From the NCBI GenBank assembly GCA_035646915.1, contig DASROK010000472.1, forward strand, positions 6,600 through 70,599: a stretch of DNA of 64,000 nt, in the 5' to 3' direction. The position numbers and the translations under genes are program-made. The stretch comes from Gemmatimonadaceae bacterium (GTDB lineage Bacteria; Gemmatimonadota; Gemmatimonadetes; Gemmatimonadales; Gemmatimonadaceae). Below, one piece after another: positions 9,074-18,145 of this stretch. How positions within the stretch are numbered: the stretch's first letter is position 1; the number at the start of each line of letters is the position of its first letter. The notes under the pieces are model-generated. The model was not told where the DNA came from. It did no database searches and saw only the letters and a list, made by a program, of their open reading frames with translations.

Positions 9074-10502
9074 GCTCAGCGATTTCCTGGGTCTCGAAAT
9101 CGACAACCATGACCCGGTGAGCATTGGTATCCGCTACGTATGCGTGAGTTTCACTGCATGAAATACCTGCAGGCTCATTGAAGCCGTCCAGCCATGTCTT
9201 GGAAGTTCGCGCGGCCGGATCGATGAGCTTGATGCAGTCGTTATACGAATCCGCGACCAGCAGCCCTCCTCTCGGATGTGGTGTGATACCCTGAGGATGC
9301 TGCAGCCTGACATCATCGCCTTTTCCATCTGCGTTGCCAAAATCGAACAAACCCGTTCCAACAATCGTGCTGACCGATCCCGTTTCTGTCGTTTCAGAGA
9401 CGCGGACTGCACTCGATTCTGAATCTGCGAAGAAGAGAAGGTCGTCATGATGCGTGATTCCCATCGGTTGAGCGAGAAGAGCGTTCTGATTGTGGTCGTC
9501 GCGAATATCTTCGCCACCTGTTCCTGCATGTACGCGTGCACTTCCGCTGTCGAGATCGACTGACCAGATCTGATGTGTCCCTGCCATCGCCACATAGAGA
9601 GCTCTGCCTGAAATCGCTACATCCCACGGCGAGGACATTGCTCCCTTCGCCTTATCAGCGCGTGTTCGCATCTGGCTCCCCGTTCCTGCAATCGTGCGAA
9701 CTGCTCCACTCTTCAGGTCAACAGCGCGAATCGAGTGATTCCCGGTGTCTGCGATGTAGAGTATGTCCTGATAAAGAGCCAGGCCCTGCGGATAGTTGAG
9801 AGCTCCGTTCTCTCCATCACGAAACCCTGGCTTTCCGGTGCCAATCACCCTTTCAATCGTTGCAGCAAACGGTCCGTCGAGACGGGCAACAATCACCCTG
9901 TGATTTCCGCTGTCTGCGATTGTGATTCGATCCTGGGCTACGATTACCTTGCCGGGATAACTGAGCTGTCCTGCTGGTTTCGTCGAGCTGTCAGCCGGAA
10001 AGTGCAAGGGAGTATCGTTAAGCGTCCCGGTTGATCGCGCGGTTTCGATCACACCGTCGATGAACGGAAAGAGCATCTCAGCCGCAAACTCACCGGCGTG
10101 TGCCCCGACGACGTATCCCGCAGGATCTATGGCAACGAGGGTCGGCCATGCTGACACGGCATAAGCACGCCATGTTCTGAACTGTCGATCGTTGACCACA
10201 GGGTGGATCGCATTGAGACGTATGGATGCGTCGCGAATCCTGTCAGTGATTCTCTCGGCGTGATACTTACCGCTGTGAACCCCGATTACGACAAGCTCGC
10301 GCTGATACTTCGATTCGAGCTCCCGCAACTGCGGGAGAACATGGATACAGTTGATTCAGCCATAGGTCCAGAAGTCCAGAAAAACTACTTTCCCCCGTAA
10401 GTCGGACAGTCTGAGCCTCCTCCCACCGGTGTGAATCCAGTCGAGATTGTCGGGAAACTCGGGAGCGCGAACCGCTGGTGCTGGCGTCAATTCTCTGGCC
10501 AT
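9060..10502 (-). CDS. thioredoxin-like + NHL-repeat protein with in-frame TGA (probable selenocysteine, UxxC)
   Basis: ATG 10502 with GAGAGG RBS; reads [27 protein letters not shown] in frame into the tracked 9060..10328 ORF; multiple IADxxNHxI NHL repeats. Confidence 0.9.
10320..10337 (-). promoter_or_regulatory. bacterial SECIS-like hairpin
   Basis: CTCCCGC-AGTT-GCGGGAG stem-loop starting 18 nt after the in-frame TGA (10358-10356), with G in the apical loop. Confidence 0.75.
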
Positions 10503-10590
10503 CGATTGTCCTCTCTCAGAAGACTGTTATAGTTTGTGCGCGGAAGTTGCTATACTTGCGCTTAAGAAACCCCATATCGGAGCTAGTATC

Positions 10591-11028
10591 ATGGCAGCCA
10601 GGAAATCATCACGTGGTGGCTCGAAGGGTGGAAGAAAAGCCGGTCGCTCCGGCAGCCGGAAATCGCCGGCGCGCAAGTCGAGAGGCAGAAAAGGTCCCGC
10701 TCGCAAGAGCACTCGACGCAAGACGGCTGCCCGCAAAAGCACTGGCCGTAAGAGTACCGCCCGTAAAGGCGGCGGTCGCAAGAGTTCGGCGCGCAAATCC
10801 AGCGGCAGAAAAACCAAGCGGGCTTCTTCTGCACGCAAATCCAGGGGAAGCAAGATCTCTCTTCCCAGTCGTAAGGATGTGAGTCGCGCCGCATCCGGAG
10901 TATCAAAGCGCGCGAAGTCCGTTGCCAAGCGAGTCAGCCGCGTTGCAACTGGCGTTGCGCAGCAGACAGTCGCCGGCGCCGAGCAGGTTTTCGAATCCGC
11001 AAAGGAATTCGTTCAGGATCATACCTGA
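10591..11028 (+). CDS. histone-like basic repeat protein
   Basis: 145 aa, R/K/S/A/G-rich with RK every 5 residues; GGAG RBS; extended -10 TGcTATACT at 10548-10556. Confidence 0.8.
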   Translation: MAARKSSRGGSKGGRKAGRSGSRKSPARKSRGRKGPARKSTRRKTAARKSTGRKSTARKGGGRKSSARKSSGRKTKRASSARKSRGSKISLPSRKDVSRAASGVSKRAKSVAKRVSRVATGVAQQTVAGAEQVFESAKEFVQDHT

Positions 11029-11107
11029 GAGACCAATACTGAATACTGAATTCTGACCGACTACGCAGTGGGTCAGAATTCAGCATTCAGCATTCAGTAT
11101 TGGTCTC
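11029..11107. repeat. long imperfect inverted repeat with heptamer units, probable bidirectional terminator
   Basis: GAGACCAATACTGAATACTGAATTCTGACC / GGTCAGAATTCAGCATTCAGCATTCAGTATTGGTCTC between convergent genes. Confidence 0.75.
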
Positions 11108-11875
11108 CACCCATTTCGTCACTTCGTCGAAAACCTTGTCACGGCCATAATCGACCGTGATGATGTGACCGCCGCCTTCGATCCATTCGAGTTTTTTCTC
11201 TCGCGCGCCAAGCGCACTAATCGCACGCTCGGCAACTGCGGGCGCTATTCGAGGGTCGGCCTTCGACTGCAATATCAGCGTCGGTACAGTTACATCGCCA
11301 AGCGATCGTCGGCCTTGTGATGCAAGTCTCCACAATTCGTAGAGAAGTCTTCCGGTATACACACCGTAGCCGAGGTTCTTCGCACGCTCCTTCGGATTGA
11401 GAATCGATCTGGGACTTGTTGATCTTCTGACCCCGGCGAGTGGTCCCCAGAGCCAGTAGGAAGCGGACATGAATCGCTGATACGCGGAAACGTCGAGATA
11501 TGGGGCGATCAGGACGAGCGAGCAAATTCGCGGATTTTCTGCCGCAAGAATTGCTGCTATCGCTCCTCCCATTGAAAGGCCGGCGACCGATACGCGCTCG
11601 TGTGTCGATTGAAGCGCCGCGAGCTCCTGTCTCGCACATGCCAGCCAGTCCTTTCGTCTGGATTCCATGAACGCGCTGACACTCGTTCCGTGGCCGGGAA
11701 GCAGTGGCGCCCTTATGTCGAATCCTTTGTCGTGCAGATGCCGCGCAAGAAGATCGAGCGTTTGGGGCGTGTCACCAAAACCATGCAGGAGGAGAATTCC
11801 GTGCGAATTCCCCTCCTGCATATCTATGGTTTCAGCGCCGGATCTGATGCCGGCTTCGCTTGTGCTGGAAGACAT
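11087..11875 (-). CDS. alpha/beta hydrolase (carboxylesterase / monoacylglycerol lipase-like)
   Basis: LLLHGF, LPGHG, GLSMGG nucleophile elbow, C-terminal D and H. Confidence 0.9.
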   Translation of the reverse strand: MSSSTSEAGIRSGAETIDMQEGNSHGILLLHGFGDTPQTLDLLARHLHDKGFDIRAPLLPGHGTSVSAFMESRRKDWLACARQELAALQSTHERVSVAGLSMGGAIAAILAAENPRICSLVLIAPYLDVSAYQRFMSASYWLWGPLAGVRRSTSPRSILNPKERAKNLGYGVYTGRLLYELWRLASQGRRSLGDVTVPTLILQSKADPRIAPAVAERAISALGAREKKLEWIEGGGHIITVDYGRDKVFDEVTKWVETNTEC

Positions 11876-11883
11876 TCACTGAA

Positions 11884-12642
11884 TCAGTGCTGCACTGTCT
11901 CCTGCGCAAGGGGCATCATTGCGTCTGTCTCAGTCGTCTCGGCATGCATGTGCGCAACGAGACTGGAGGGTGTAATCACGAATGACATTCCGCGCCGCGT
12001 GGCAACCCCGGTGCCGATCAGCCTGCCAAGCGCCAGTGCAATCGACTCACGTGTTGCGCCAACCATTTCGCACAGGAGCCGGTGATGCCTGAGCTCGATC
12101 CGCAGCTTGCCTTCTGCCGTGAGGAATGATCGGTCCGCCGCGAGACGCTGAAGGGCAGCAACGAGTCGCTGTTCCACATTCTGAGATGCCATTGCGTGAA
12201 GCTTCTCGAGCAGCTGGGCGCGCTCGCTCATCAGCTGACTCATGACATCGAGCGCGCTTCCAGGATTCTCGCGAACGAATGCGCGAAACTGTGCGCCGTT
12301 CACAAAAAGCGTTTCTGTTTCCTCGGCGGCAAATGCGTCAGTTACGTATTTCGCTTCATGGCTCAGTCCTTCGATTCCGAACATCTCTCCAGGCGTGATG
12401 ATCGCAGGAACGAATCCGCGTCCGGTGCGGATTCGATTGCGGAGAATGACATGGCCACGGAGCACAACCGAAACTCCGTCTGCTGCCGTACCCTTCTGAT
12501 AAATCTGGAATCCTGATGGCCACGTTGTGCGCGCACCGTAAGAGGCGAGAATCGTTGCGCTCTCAGAGCTTAATCTTGAATGCTTTGCGTGGGGGGTTGT
12601 GGCTTGCATTGCAATTTCGCTTTTCTTCGAATGACGTCGCAA
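11884..12642 (-). CDS. Crp/Fnr-family transcriptional regulator
   Basis: cNMP-like domain (PGEMFG) and HTH EMVGATRESIALAL; start may be ATG 12609. Confidence 0.88.
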   Translation of the reverse strand: MRRHSKKSEIAMQATTPHAKHSRLSSESATILASYGARTTWPSGFQIYQKGTAADGVSVVLRGHVILRNRIRTGRGFVPAIITPGEMFGIEGLSHEAKYVTDAFAAEETETLFVNGAQFRAFVRENPGSALDVMSQLMSERAQLLEKLHAMASQNVEQRLVAALQRLAADRSFLTAEGKLRIELRHHRLLCEMVGATRESIALALGRLIGTGVATRRGMSFVITPSSLVAHMHAETTETDAMMPLAQETVQH

Positions 12643-12690
12643 TGTCCGGGCCAGTTTTTTACATGAGCTTCCTCATGATTTCGCTCGTGC

Positions 12691-13305
12691 TCACGCTTCA
12701 TCGAGAGCATTGCGAATGGAATTCTGCAACGCCTCTTCACTTCTGGAATTCGCAGGCAATGCGCTCGTGAGGGTCGAGAAGATTCGCCGCATCTCCTGCT
12801 CCACGAATTGCGGCTCATGATCTACACCGAGCGCGTCGAGATTCTTGAGCGCGAGCTGCCGCAGCATTCCTGAAGTGGTGCTGTGAAGACCCTCAGGCGA
12901 TGTCTCGCCTTCCGCGCGCTCGTTTTTATCTCTGGTGCGCTTCCGCTTCGGCGCTGAAAATAGTGCTGATGTCGGTGCGAGCTTCACAATCAATGAGCCT
13001 GGAGAATGCTCTTGCCAGCTTTCGACAATTCCCCGGCGTCGAAGTGTCGGCATGAGCGCCAGAATCTCTCTCCGGATAACACCGATTCCGCCAGCGCTTT
13101 GGTTTCCCCTGCCGGTAATGATCAGGACGTCTTCAGGCTTGGTCACCTGACGTCCACGGAGCCACGTTTCGGTTCGGGCCCGAGCTTCCGCAGCCGAAGG
13201 AAGTGATTCACGCAGGTTCAGCGTGCGCTCGCTTCCAAATGCTGCCTCGTCGAGGGCGCGCCAGACGGCAGTGAGTTTTGGCTTCCTGTGCTGCATGGAA
13301 TTCAA
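12691..13305 (-). CDS. stand-alone Smr-like domain protein
   Basis: VLIITGRGNQS...PGSLIVKL Smr signature; the DLHG position reads NLRE. Confidence 0.7.
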   Translation of the reverse strand: MNSMQHRKPKLTAVWRALDEAAFGSERTLNLRESLPSAAEARARTETWLRGRQVTKPEDVLIITGRGNQSAGGIGVIRREILALMPTLRRRGIVESWQEHSPGSLIVKLAPTSALFSAPKRKRTRDKNERAEGETSPEGLHSTTSGMLRQLALKNLDALGVDHEPQFVEQEMRRIFSTLTSALPANSRSEEALQNSIRNALDEA

Positions 13306-14489
13306 CCGATGATGCGTTCCAGAATCGAGAGTCCGCGTTCGAGGTCGCTGCGTTCTACGACAAGCGGTGGAAGCAGTCGAAGCGTGTGGTCGCCGGCAGT
13401 GATCACAAGAAGGCCTTCATCCCACCCACGCTGCACGACTTCCGATGCGGGATCGACTACATCGATCCCCCACATGTAGCCCATACCACGAACTGCGCGC
13501 ACCCGGTCGCTCTTTCGCACAATAGATGAAAGTCTTTCGCTCATCCATTCGCTGTTCTCGCGAATCGCCTGCAGGAATGCCGGCTCAGCGATACGCTGTA
13601 CTACATGGTTTGCAACGGCGGCTACGAGAGGCCCGCCGCCGAACGTTGTGCCATGGTCTCCGGGCTTGATCGTATCCGCGATTTCCTGCGCGACCAGAAT
13701 TGCGCCCATCGGGAGTCCGCCAGCGAGTGGCTTTGCCATCGTCACCATGTCCGGCGTAACACCAGTCCGCTCATAGGCCATGAAGGTGCCGAGTCGGCCC
13801 AGACCGCATTGAATCTCATCGAAGATGAGTGCGATTCCGCGCTCTTCAGTAACTCGACGGAGAAAGCTCATCAGCTGAGGTTCGATGACCCGGACTCCGC
13901 CTTCTCCTTGCACCGGCTCGACAATTACTGCCGCAACTGATTCGCCATCGAGCGCGACATCCAGCTCACCTTCGTCCCGCTCACAGATGCTCACGCCTCC
14001 GGCAAGGGGGCGAAATGGCGCGCGATACGACGGTCGGTCTGTTGCTGCGAGTGATGCGAACAACCGCCCGTGAAAAGATCCGCGCAGCGCGATGATTCCC
14101 GTCTTTGCATCAGAGCCCACTGCACGACCCCACCGTCGCGCGAACTTGAAGGCCCCTTCGTTCGCTTCCGCTCCGGAGTTGCAGAAAAACACCTGGGATG
14201 CAAACGAATTATCGACGAGAAACTTGGCTAGAGTCTCCCCTGCTTCCGTTCGATAGAGATTGGAAACGTGAATGAGACCGGAGCTGACAACGCTCTCGAT
14301 TGTCTTCGCGATACCTGCATCGCCATATCCAAGCGCATTTACAGCAATCCCGCTCGCGAGGTCGAGGTACGCCTTGTTGTCCTCGTCGAACAACTCCACA
14401 CCTGAGCCGCGGACAAAGCGCATTGGCGCACGCTTATACGTTCCGAGTAACTCACGCGATGCGGGTGACTGCGTCAGAGTATCCGTCAT
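13302..14489 (-). CDS. argD: acetylornithine aminotransferase
   Basis: NSGAEANE, SFHGR, DEIQCGLGR and MAKPLAGG motifs; arg context. Confidence 0.95.
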   Translation of the reverse strand: MTDTLTQSPASRELLGTYKRAPMRFVRGSGVELFDEDNKAYLDLASGIAVNALGYGDAGIAKTIESVVSSGLIHVSNLYRTEAGETLAKFLVDNSFASQVFFCNSGAEANEGAFKFARRWGRAVGSDAKTGIIALRGSFHGRLFASLAATDRPSYRAPFRPLAGGVSICERDEGELDVALDGESVAAVIVEPVQGEGGVRVIEPQLMSFLRRVTEERGIALIFDEIQCGLGRLGTFMAYERTGVTPDMVTMAKPLAGGLPMGAILVAQEIADTIKPGDHGTTFGGGPLVAAVANHVVQRIAEPAFLQAIRENSEWMSERLSSIVRKSDRVRAVRGMGYMWGIDVVDPASEVVQRGWDEGLLVITAGDHTLRLLPPLVVERSDLERGLSILERIIG

Positions 14490-15241
14490 GTCATGATCGA
14501 TGTTAAGGACAACAGCGTTCCGCTCTCGTTTCCAGAGAGCGCTTCGAGTCCTGCAATTTTCACTTTGCGCGCACCAGCATTTAATGCAGCAAAGCCAGCC
14601 TCCAGCTTAGCCTGCATTCCGCTGTTCACGGTTCCGGCAGCAACGAGTGCGTCGACCGCTGTCTCATCGAGCTCTTCGATTACCTCGCTCTTGTGATCCA
14701 GCACTCCCGCAACATCCGCAACCAGCCAGAGCTCAGCGCTCAGTGCTGCGGCAATGACTGCTGCGGCATCGTCTCCGTTCACATTCAGCGCTTCCCCGCC
14801 CGCCGAGGTCGCAACAGGAGAGATAACTGGAAGAAACGACGAATCGAGAAGAACCTGAATCAGGTTCTTATTGACTTTCACCGGTTTCCCCGACTTGCCA
14901 AACTTCTCCCTGTCGATCGGCTCGGCAAGAAGTGTCATGGCATCCTCTCCCGAAATACCAACCGCAGCGATTCCTGCCGCAGCAAGTGAAGACACGAGTC
15001 GCTTGTTGGCACTGCCGGAGAGAATCATCCTGACGAGATCGACATCTTCGTCTGTCGTCACGCGACGTCCATTGGTGAACGTTGGCTCTCTCCCAAGCGC
15101 TCGCTGCAGAGAAGAGATCTCATCGCCGCCACCGTGCACGACACAAAATGATCCCGGCTCTTTCTGCCACATCGCGCTGAGTGCTGCAAAAAGATCAGGG
15201 TTAGACTGAACTCGTCCGCCAAGCTTGATGACTTTCATCAT
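14486..15241 (-). CDS. argB: acetylglutamate kinase
   Basis: IKLGG, VHGGG, GRRVT, NVNGD and GMQAK motifs. Confidence 0.95.
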   Translation of the reverse strand: MMKVIKLGGRVQSNPDLFAALSAMWQKEPGSFCVVHGGGDEISSLQRALGREPTFTNGRRVTTDEDVDLVRMILSGSANKRLVSSLAAAGIAAVGISGEDAMTLLAEPIDREKFGKSGKPVKVNKNLIQVLLDSSFLPVISPVATSAGGEALNVNGDDAAAVIAAALSAELWLVADVAGVLDHKSEVIEELDETAVDALVAAGTVNSGMQAKLEAGFAALNAGARKVKIAGLEALSGNESGTLLSLTSIMT

Positions 15242-16212
15242 CAGTGGAGTCCGAGCTGCTCGTCCAGCCCGAGCATGAGGTTCGCGTTCTGCAGCGCCTG
15301 TCCTGCAGCACCTTTCGTAAGATTGTCAATCGCCGCGGTGATAATGAGCGTCGGTTTGGTTGTATTCGCCGCTTTTGCCGCGGAGATCTTCACGTTGTTG
15401 GTCCTCACAACGTCGCGAATGGCTGGGGTCGCTTCGCTCACTTCGATGAATGGCTCGCCATTATACGCGCTTCGCCATATCGACAGCGGATCCTCGACAT
15501 CCTTGTTAAGACGGACGACGATGGTCGACAGTATTCCGCGTGCAACAGGAAGCAGGTGCGGCGTGAACACGAGATCGATATCTGCATTTTTGTCTGCGAG
15601 AACAGCGTTCATCTCCCGCATATGCCGATGTTCATTGCCCACACCATACGCACGAAAATCTTCACTGACTTCGGCGAACAAAAGATCGGGACGGGGTGTG
15701 TAACCCGCGCCGGTCACGCCGCTCGATGATGCGACAGAAACCGTCGAGCCCTTTTCGATCAAGCCCTCATCGACAAGTGGCGCGAGTGGAATGAGAATCG
15801 ATGTGGGATAGCAGCCAGGATTTGCAACTACGTCGGCACTGCGGATGTGATCGCGATAGATCTCAGTCAATCCGTAGGGAATGTTCTTCACGGCGTCGAT
15901 CTGTCCGTTATTTCCGGGACGCAGGTCGGAAGACAGATCGACAACCTTTGCGCCTGCCTCGTGTGCGCGCTTCACCCATTCGAGAGACGCGCCATGAGGC
16001 AGTGCGGAGAAAACCAGATTGGTCTGATCGAGCCGCGCGTCTTCTGGCGCGATGAAGGTGATCTCGCGTCCGGCAATGCGTGCGCTTTGGCCGCGCTGAG
16101 CGTTAGCTGCAGCGAAGCAAAGCTGAAGACCCGGATGACGGGCGATGAGCGCGCAAAGCTCCCTGCCCGCGTAGCCGCTGGCGCCAAGAACGCCGACCGT
16201 AAATTTATGCAC
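15241..16212 (-). CDS. argC: N-acetyl-gamma-glutamyl-phosphate reductase
   Basis: GASGYAG, ANPGCYPT and DNLTKGAAGQA motifs. Confidence 0.97.
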   Translation of the reverse strand: MHKFTVGVLGASGYAGRELCALIARHPGLQLCFAAANAQRGQSARIAGREITFIAPEDARLDQTNLVFSALPHGASLEWVKRAHEAGAKVVDLSSDLRPGNNGQIDAVKNIPYGLTEIYRDHIRSADVVANPGCYPTSILIPLAPLVDEGLIEKGSTVSVASSSGVTGAGYTPRPDLLFAEVSEDFRAYGVGNEHRHMREMNAVLADKNADIDLVFTPHLLPVARGILSTIVVRLNKDVEDPLSIWRSAYNGEPFIEVSEATPAIRDVVRTNNVKISAAKAANTTKPTLIITAAIDNLTKGAAGQALQNANLMLGLDEQLGLH

Positions 16213-16284
16213 AACTAATGCATAACATTGCAGAACTACCGCGTCAATCTTTTTCCCGGCAGGCTGTTGTGCGCGTTTTGTCTG

Positions 16285-16746
16285 CTATTGAGGCTCGCCT
16301 GCTAGTCCCTTGAGCCGCCTTACTACGCGATCGCGCGCCAATCCCGATCGACAGACAATGAGGATGGTGTCGTCACCGCCAATTGTGCCGATAATGTCGG
16401 GCCATGCTTCTCCATCGAGCGAGGACGCGATTGGCTGAGCGCCGCCAGGAATTGTTCTCAGCACAACAAGCTCACTCACACTTTCGATTCGCAGAAAAAG
16501 TTGCGGCAGAAGCGTATCCAGCGCCGCGCGGCTCTCCTCGATACTGCCGTCAGTGACAGCGTAGCGAGCGCCCTCGGTGGTTGGAACACGCGCCAGTCTG
16601 AGCTCGCGAAGGTCTCTCGAAAGCGTCGCCTGCGTCACGTCCCACCCCCTGTGCAGCAGGAGCTTTCGCAAATCCTCCTGACTGCTCACCGGACGTGAGT
16701 CGACTATCTCCAGGATTGCCGACTGCCGCTCTCTCTTGTTGGCCAT
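16285..16746 (-). CDS. argR: arginine repressor
   Basis: VTQATLSRDLREL and GTIGGDDT motifs; ATG 16746. Confidence 0.96.
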   Translation of the reverse strand: MANKRERQSAILEIVDSRPVSSQEDLRKLLLHRGWDVTQATLSRDLRELRLARVPTTEGARYAVTDGSIEESRAALDTLLPQLFLRIESVSELVVLRTIPGGAQPIASSLDGEAWPDIIGTIGGDDTILIVCRSGLARDRVVRRLKGLAGEPQ

Positions 16747-16828
16747 TCGAAGTCCTCCGCTCAACACTTTACCACCCTCTCTCTCCTCGTGCGAGTCCCC
16801 GCCCAATAAGGTTGACGCTACTCCCATC

Positions 16829-16867
16829 TGTGATTAAATATACGCAAGTAATGAATAGTTATTTAGG
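16829..16867 (+). promoter_or_regulatory. tandem ARG boxes over the argG promoter
   Basis: TGTGATTAAATATACGCA (16829-16846) and AATGAATAGTTATTTAGG (16850-16867): two 18-bp boxes 3 bp apart; TTGACG at 16812. Confidence 0.8.
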
Positions 16868-16873
16868 AGAGCC

Positions 16874-18145
16874 ATGACACGCACAATTGCCCTCGCCTAT
16901 TCAGGCGGTCTCGATACATCGATCATCGTACCCTGGCTCAAGGAGCACTATGACGGCGCACGCATCATCTGCGTCGCTGCCGACATCGGACAGGGAGAAG
17001 AGCTGGAAGGAGTTCGCGCCAAGGCTTTGGCCTCCGGCGCCGACGAGTGCTACATCGAAGATCTCCGCCAGGAGTTCATCGAGGACTTTATCTGGCCCAC
17101 ACTTCGCGCCGGCGCGATCTATGGACGCAAATACCTCCTCGGCACATCTATGGGCCGGCCGCTCATTGCGCGCCGCCAGGTCGAAGTCGCACGCCGGATC
17201 GGTGCCAACGCTCTCGCGCATGGATGCACCGGCAAAGGCAACGACCAGGTTCGTTTCGAGCTCACGTATGCTGCGTTCGCTCCTGATCTCCCGGTGATTG
17301 CCCCATGGCGTGTGTGGGATATCAAGAGCCGCGAAGATGCGCTCGACTACGCCGCGAAGCACAACGTTCCCGTAACTGCGTCGCGCGAGAAGATCTATTC
17401 ACGTGACCGCAACATCTGGCACATCTCGCACGAAGGCGGAGTGCTCGAAGATCCGGGCCAGGGTCCGCCTGCTGATCTCTTCATGCTGACCACGTCGCCA
17501 GAGCTTGCGCCGAACGAATCGGAAGAAGTCTCGATTGGATTCAGTCAGGGAACTCCCGTTGCAGTCAACGGAGTATTCCTCGATCCTGTCGCGATTCTCA
17601 CGATGCTCAACAAAATCGGCGGACGTCACGGTGTTGGACGCATCGATCTCGTAGAAGATCGTCTCGTCGGAATGAAATCACGTGGAGTGTACGAAACTCC
17701 AGGCGGTACCCTGCTCTACACTGCGCACAGCGAGCTCGAGCAGCTCATTCTCGATCGCCGCACACTCGCAGCGAAGGATCTCATCGCGCCGCGCTATGCG
17801 GACCTCGTTTACGAGGGACGCTGGTGGACCACCGAGCGTGAAGCGTACGATGCATTCGTCAATGTCACGCAGGAGCGTGTCACCGGTGGTGTCACACTCA
17901 GATTGTACAAGGGCACGGTGACGGTTGTGAGTCGCGCGAGCGAGTATGCACTGTACGACGAGCGCTTTGTCACGTTTGGTGAGGATGATGTATACCAGCA
18001 GAGTGATGCTGCAGGATTCATCAGGCTCTATTCCCTTCCCGACCGTGTACGCGCCGTGCGCGATCGCGAGCTTGCTGCAAAAGCGGTTGCTCCCGTTAGT
18101 CCCGCCGAAGACGCTCCGGTTCTAGCCGGCTCGTTTCAGGATTGA
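16874..18145 (+). CDS. argG: argininosuccinate synthase
   Basis: LAYSGGLDTS, HGCTGKGNDQVRFE and GMKSRGVYETPGG motifs. Confidence 0.98.
   Translation: MTRTIALAYSGGLDTSIIVPWLKEHYDGARIICVAADIGQGEELEGVRAKALASGADECYIEDLRQEFIEDFIWPTLRAGAIYGRKYLLGTSMGRPLIARRQVEVARRIGANALAHGCTGKGNDQVRFELTYAAFAPDLPVIAPWRVWDIKSREDALDYAAKHNVPVTASREKIYSRDRNIWHISHEGGVLEDPGQGPPADLFMLTTSPELAPNESEEVSIGFSQGTPVAVNGVFLDPVAILTMLNKIGGRHGVGRIDLVEDRLVGMKSRGVYETPGGTLLYTAHSELEQLILDRRTLAAKDLIAPRYADLVYEGRWWTTEREAYDAFVNVTQERVTGGVTLRLYKGTVTVVSRASEYALYDERFVTFGEDDVYQQSDAAGFIRLYSLPDRVRAVRDRELAAKAVAPVSPAEDAPVLAGSFQD

Noticed and set aside
9060-10502. Calling the NHL gene a nonsense pseudogene, or starting it at 10328
   Set aside because: The single stop is TGA exactly at the catalytic Cys position, both flanks are intact, and a SECIS-like hairpin follows.
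11029-11107. CRISPR or MITE interpretation of the repeat
   Set aside because: No repeat-spacer periodicity, no cas or transposase gene, and no visible target-site duplication.
16205-16225. ARG box at the argC start (TGCAT-N5-GTGCA)
   Set aside because: The half-site spacing is one base too long and there is no partner box 21 bp away.
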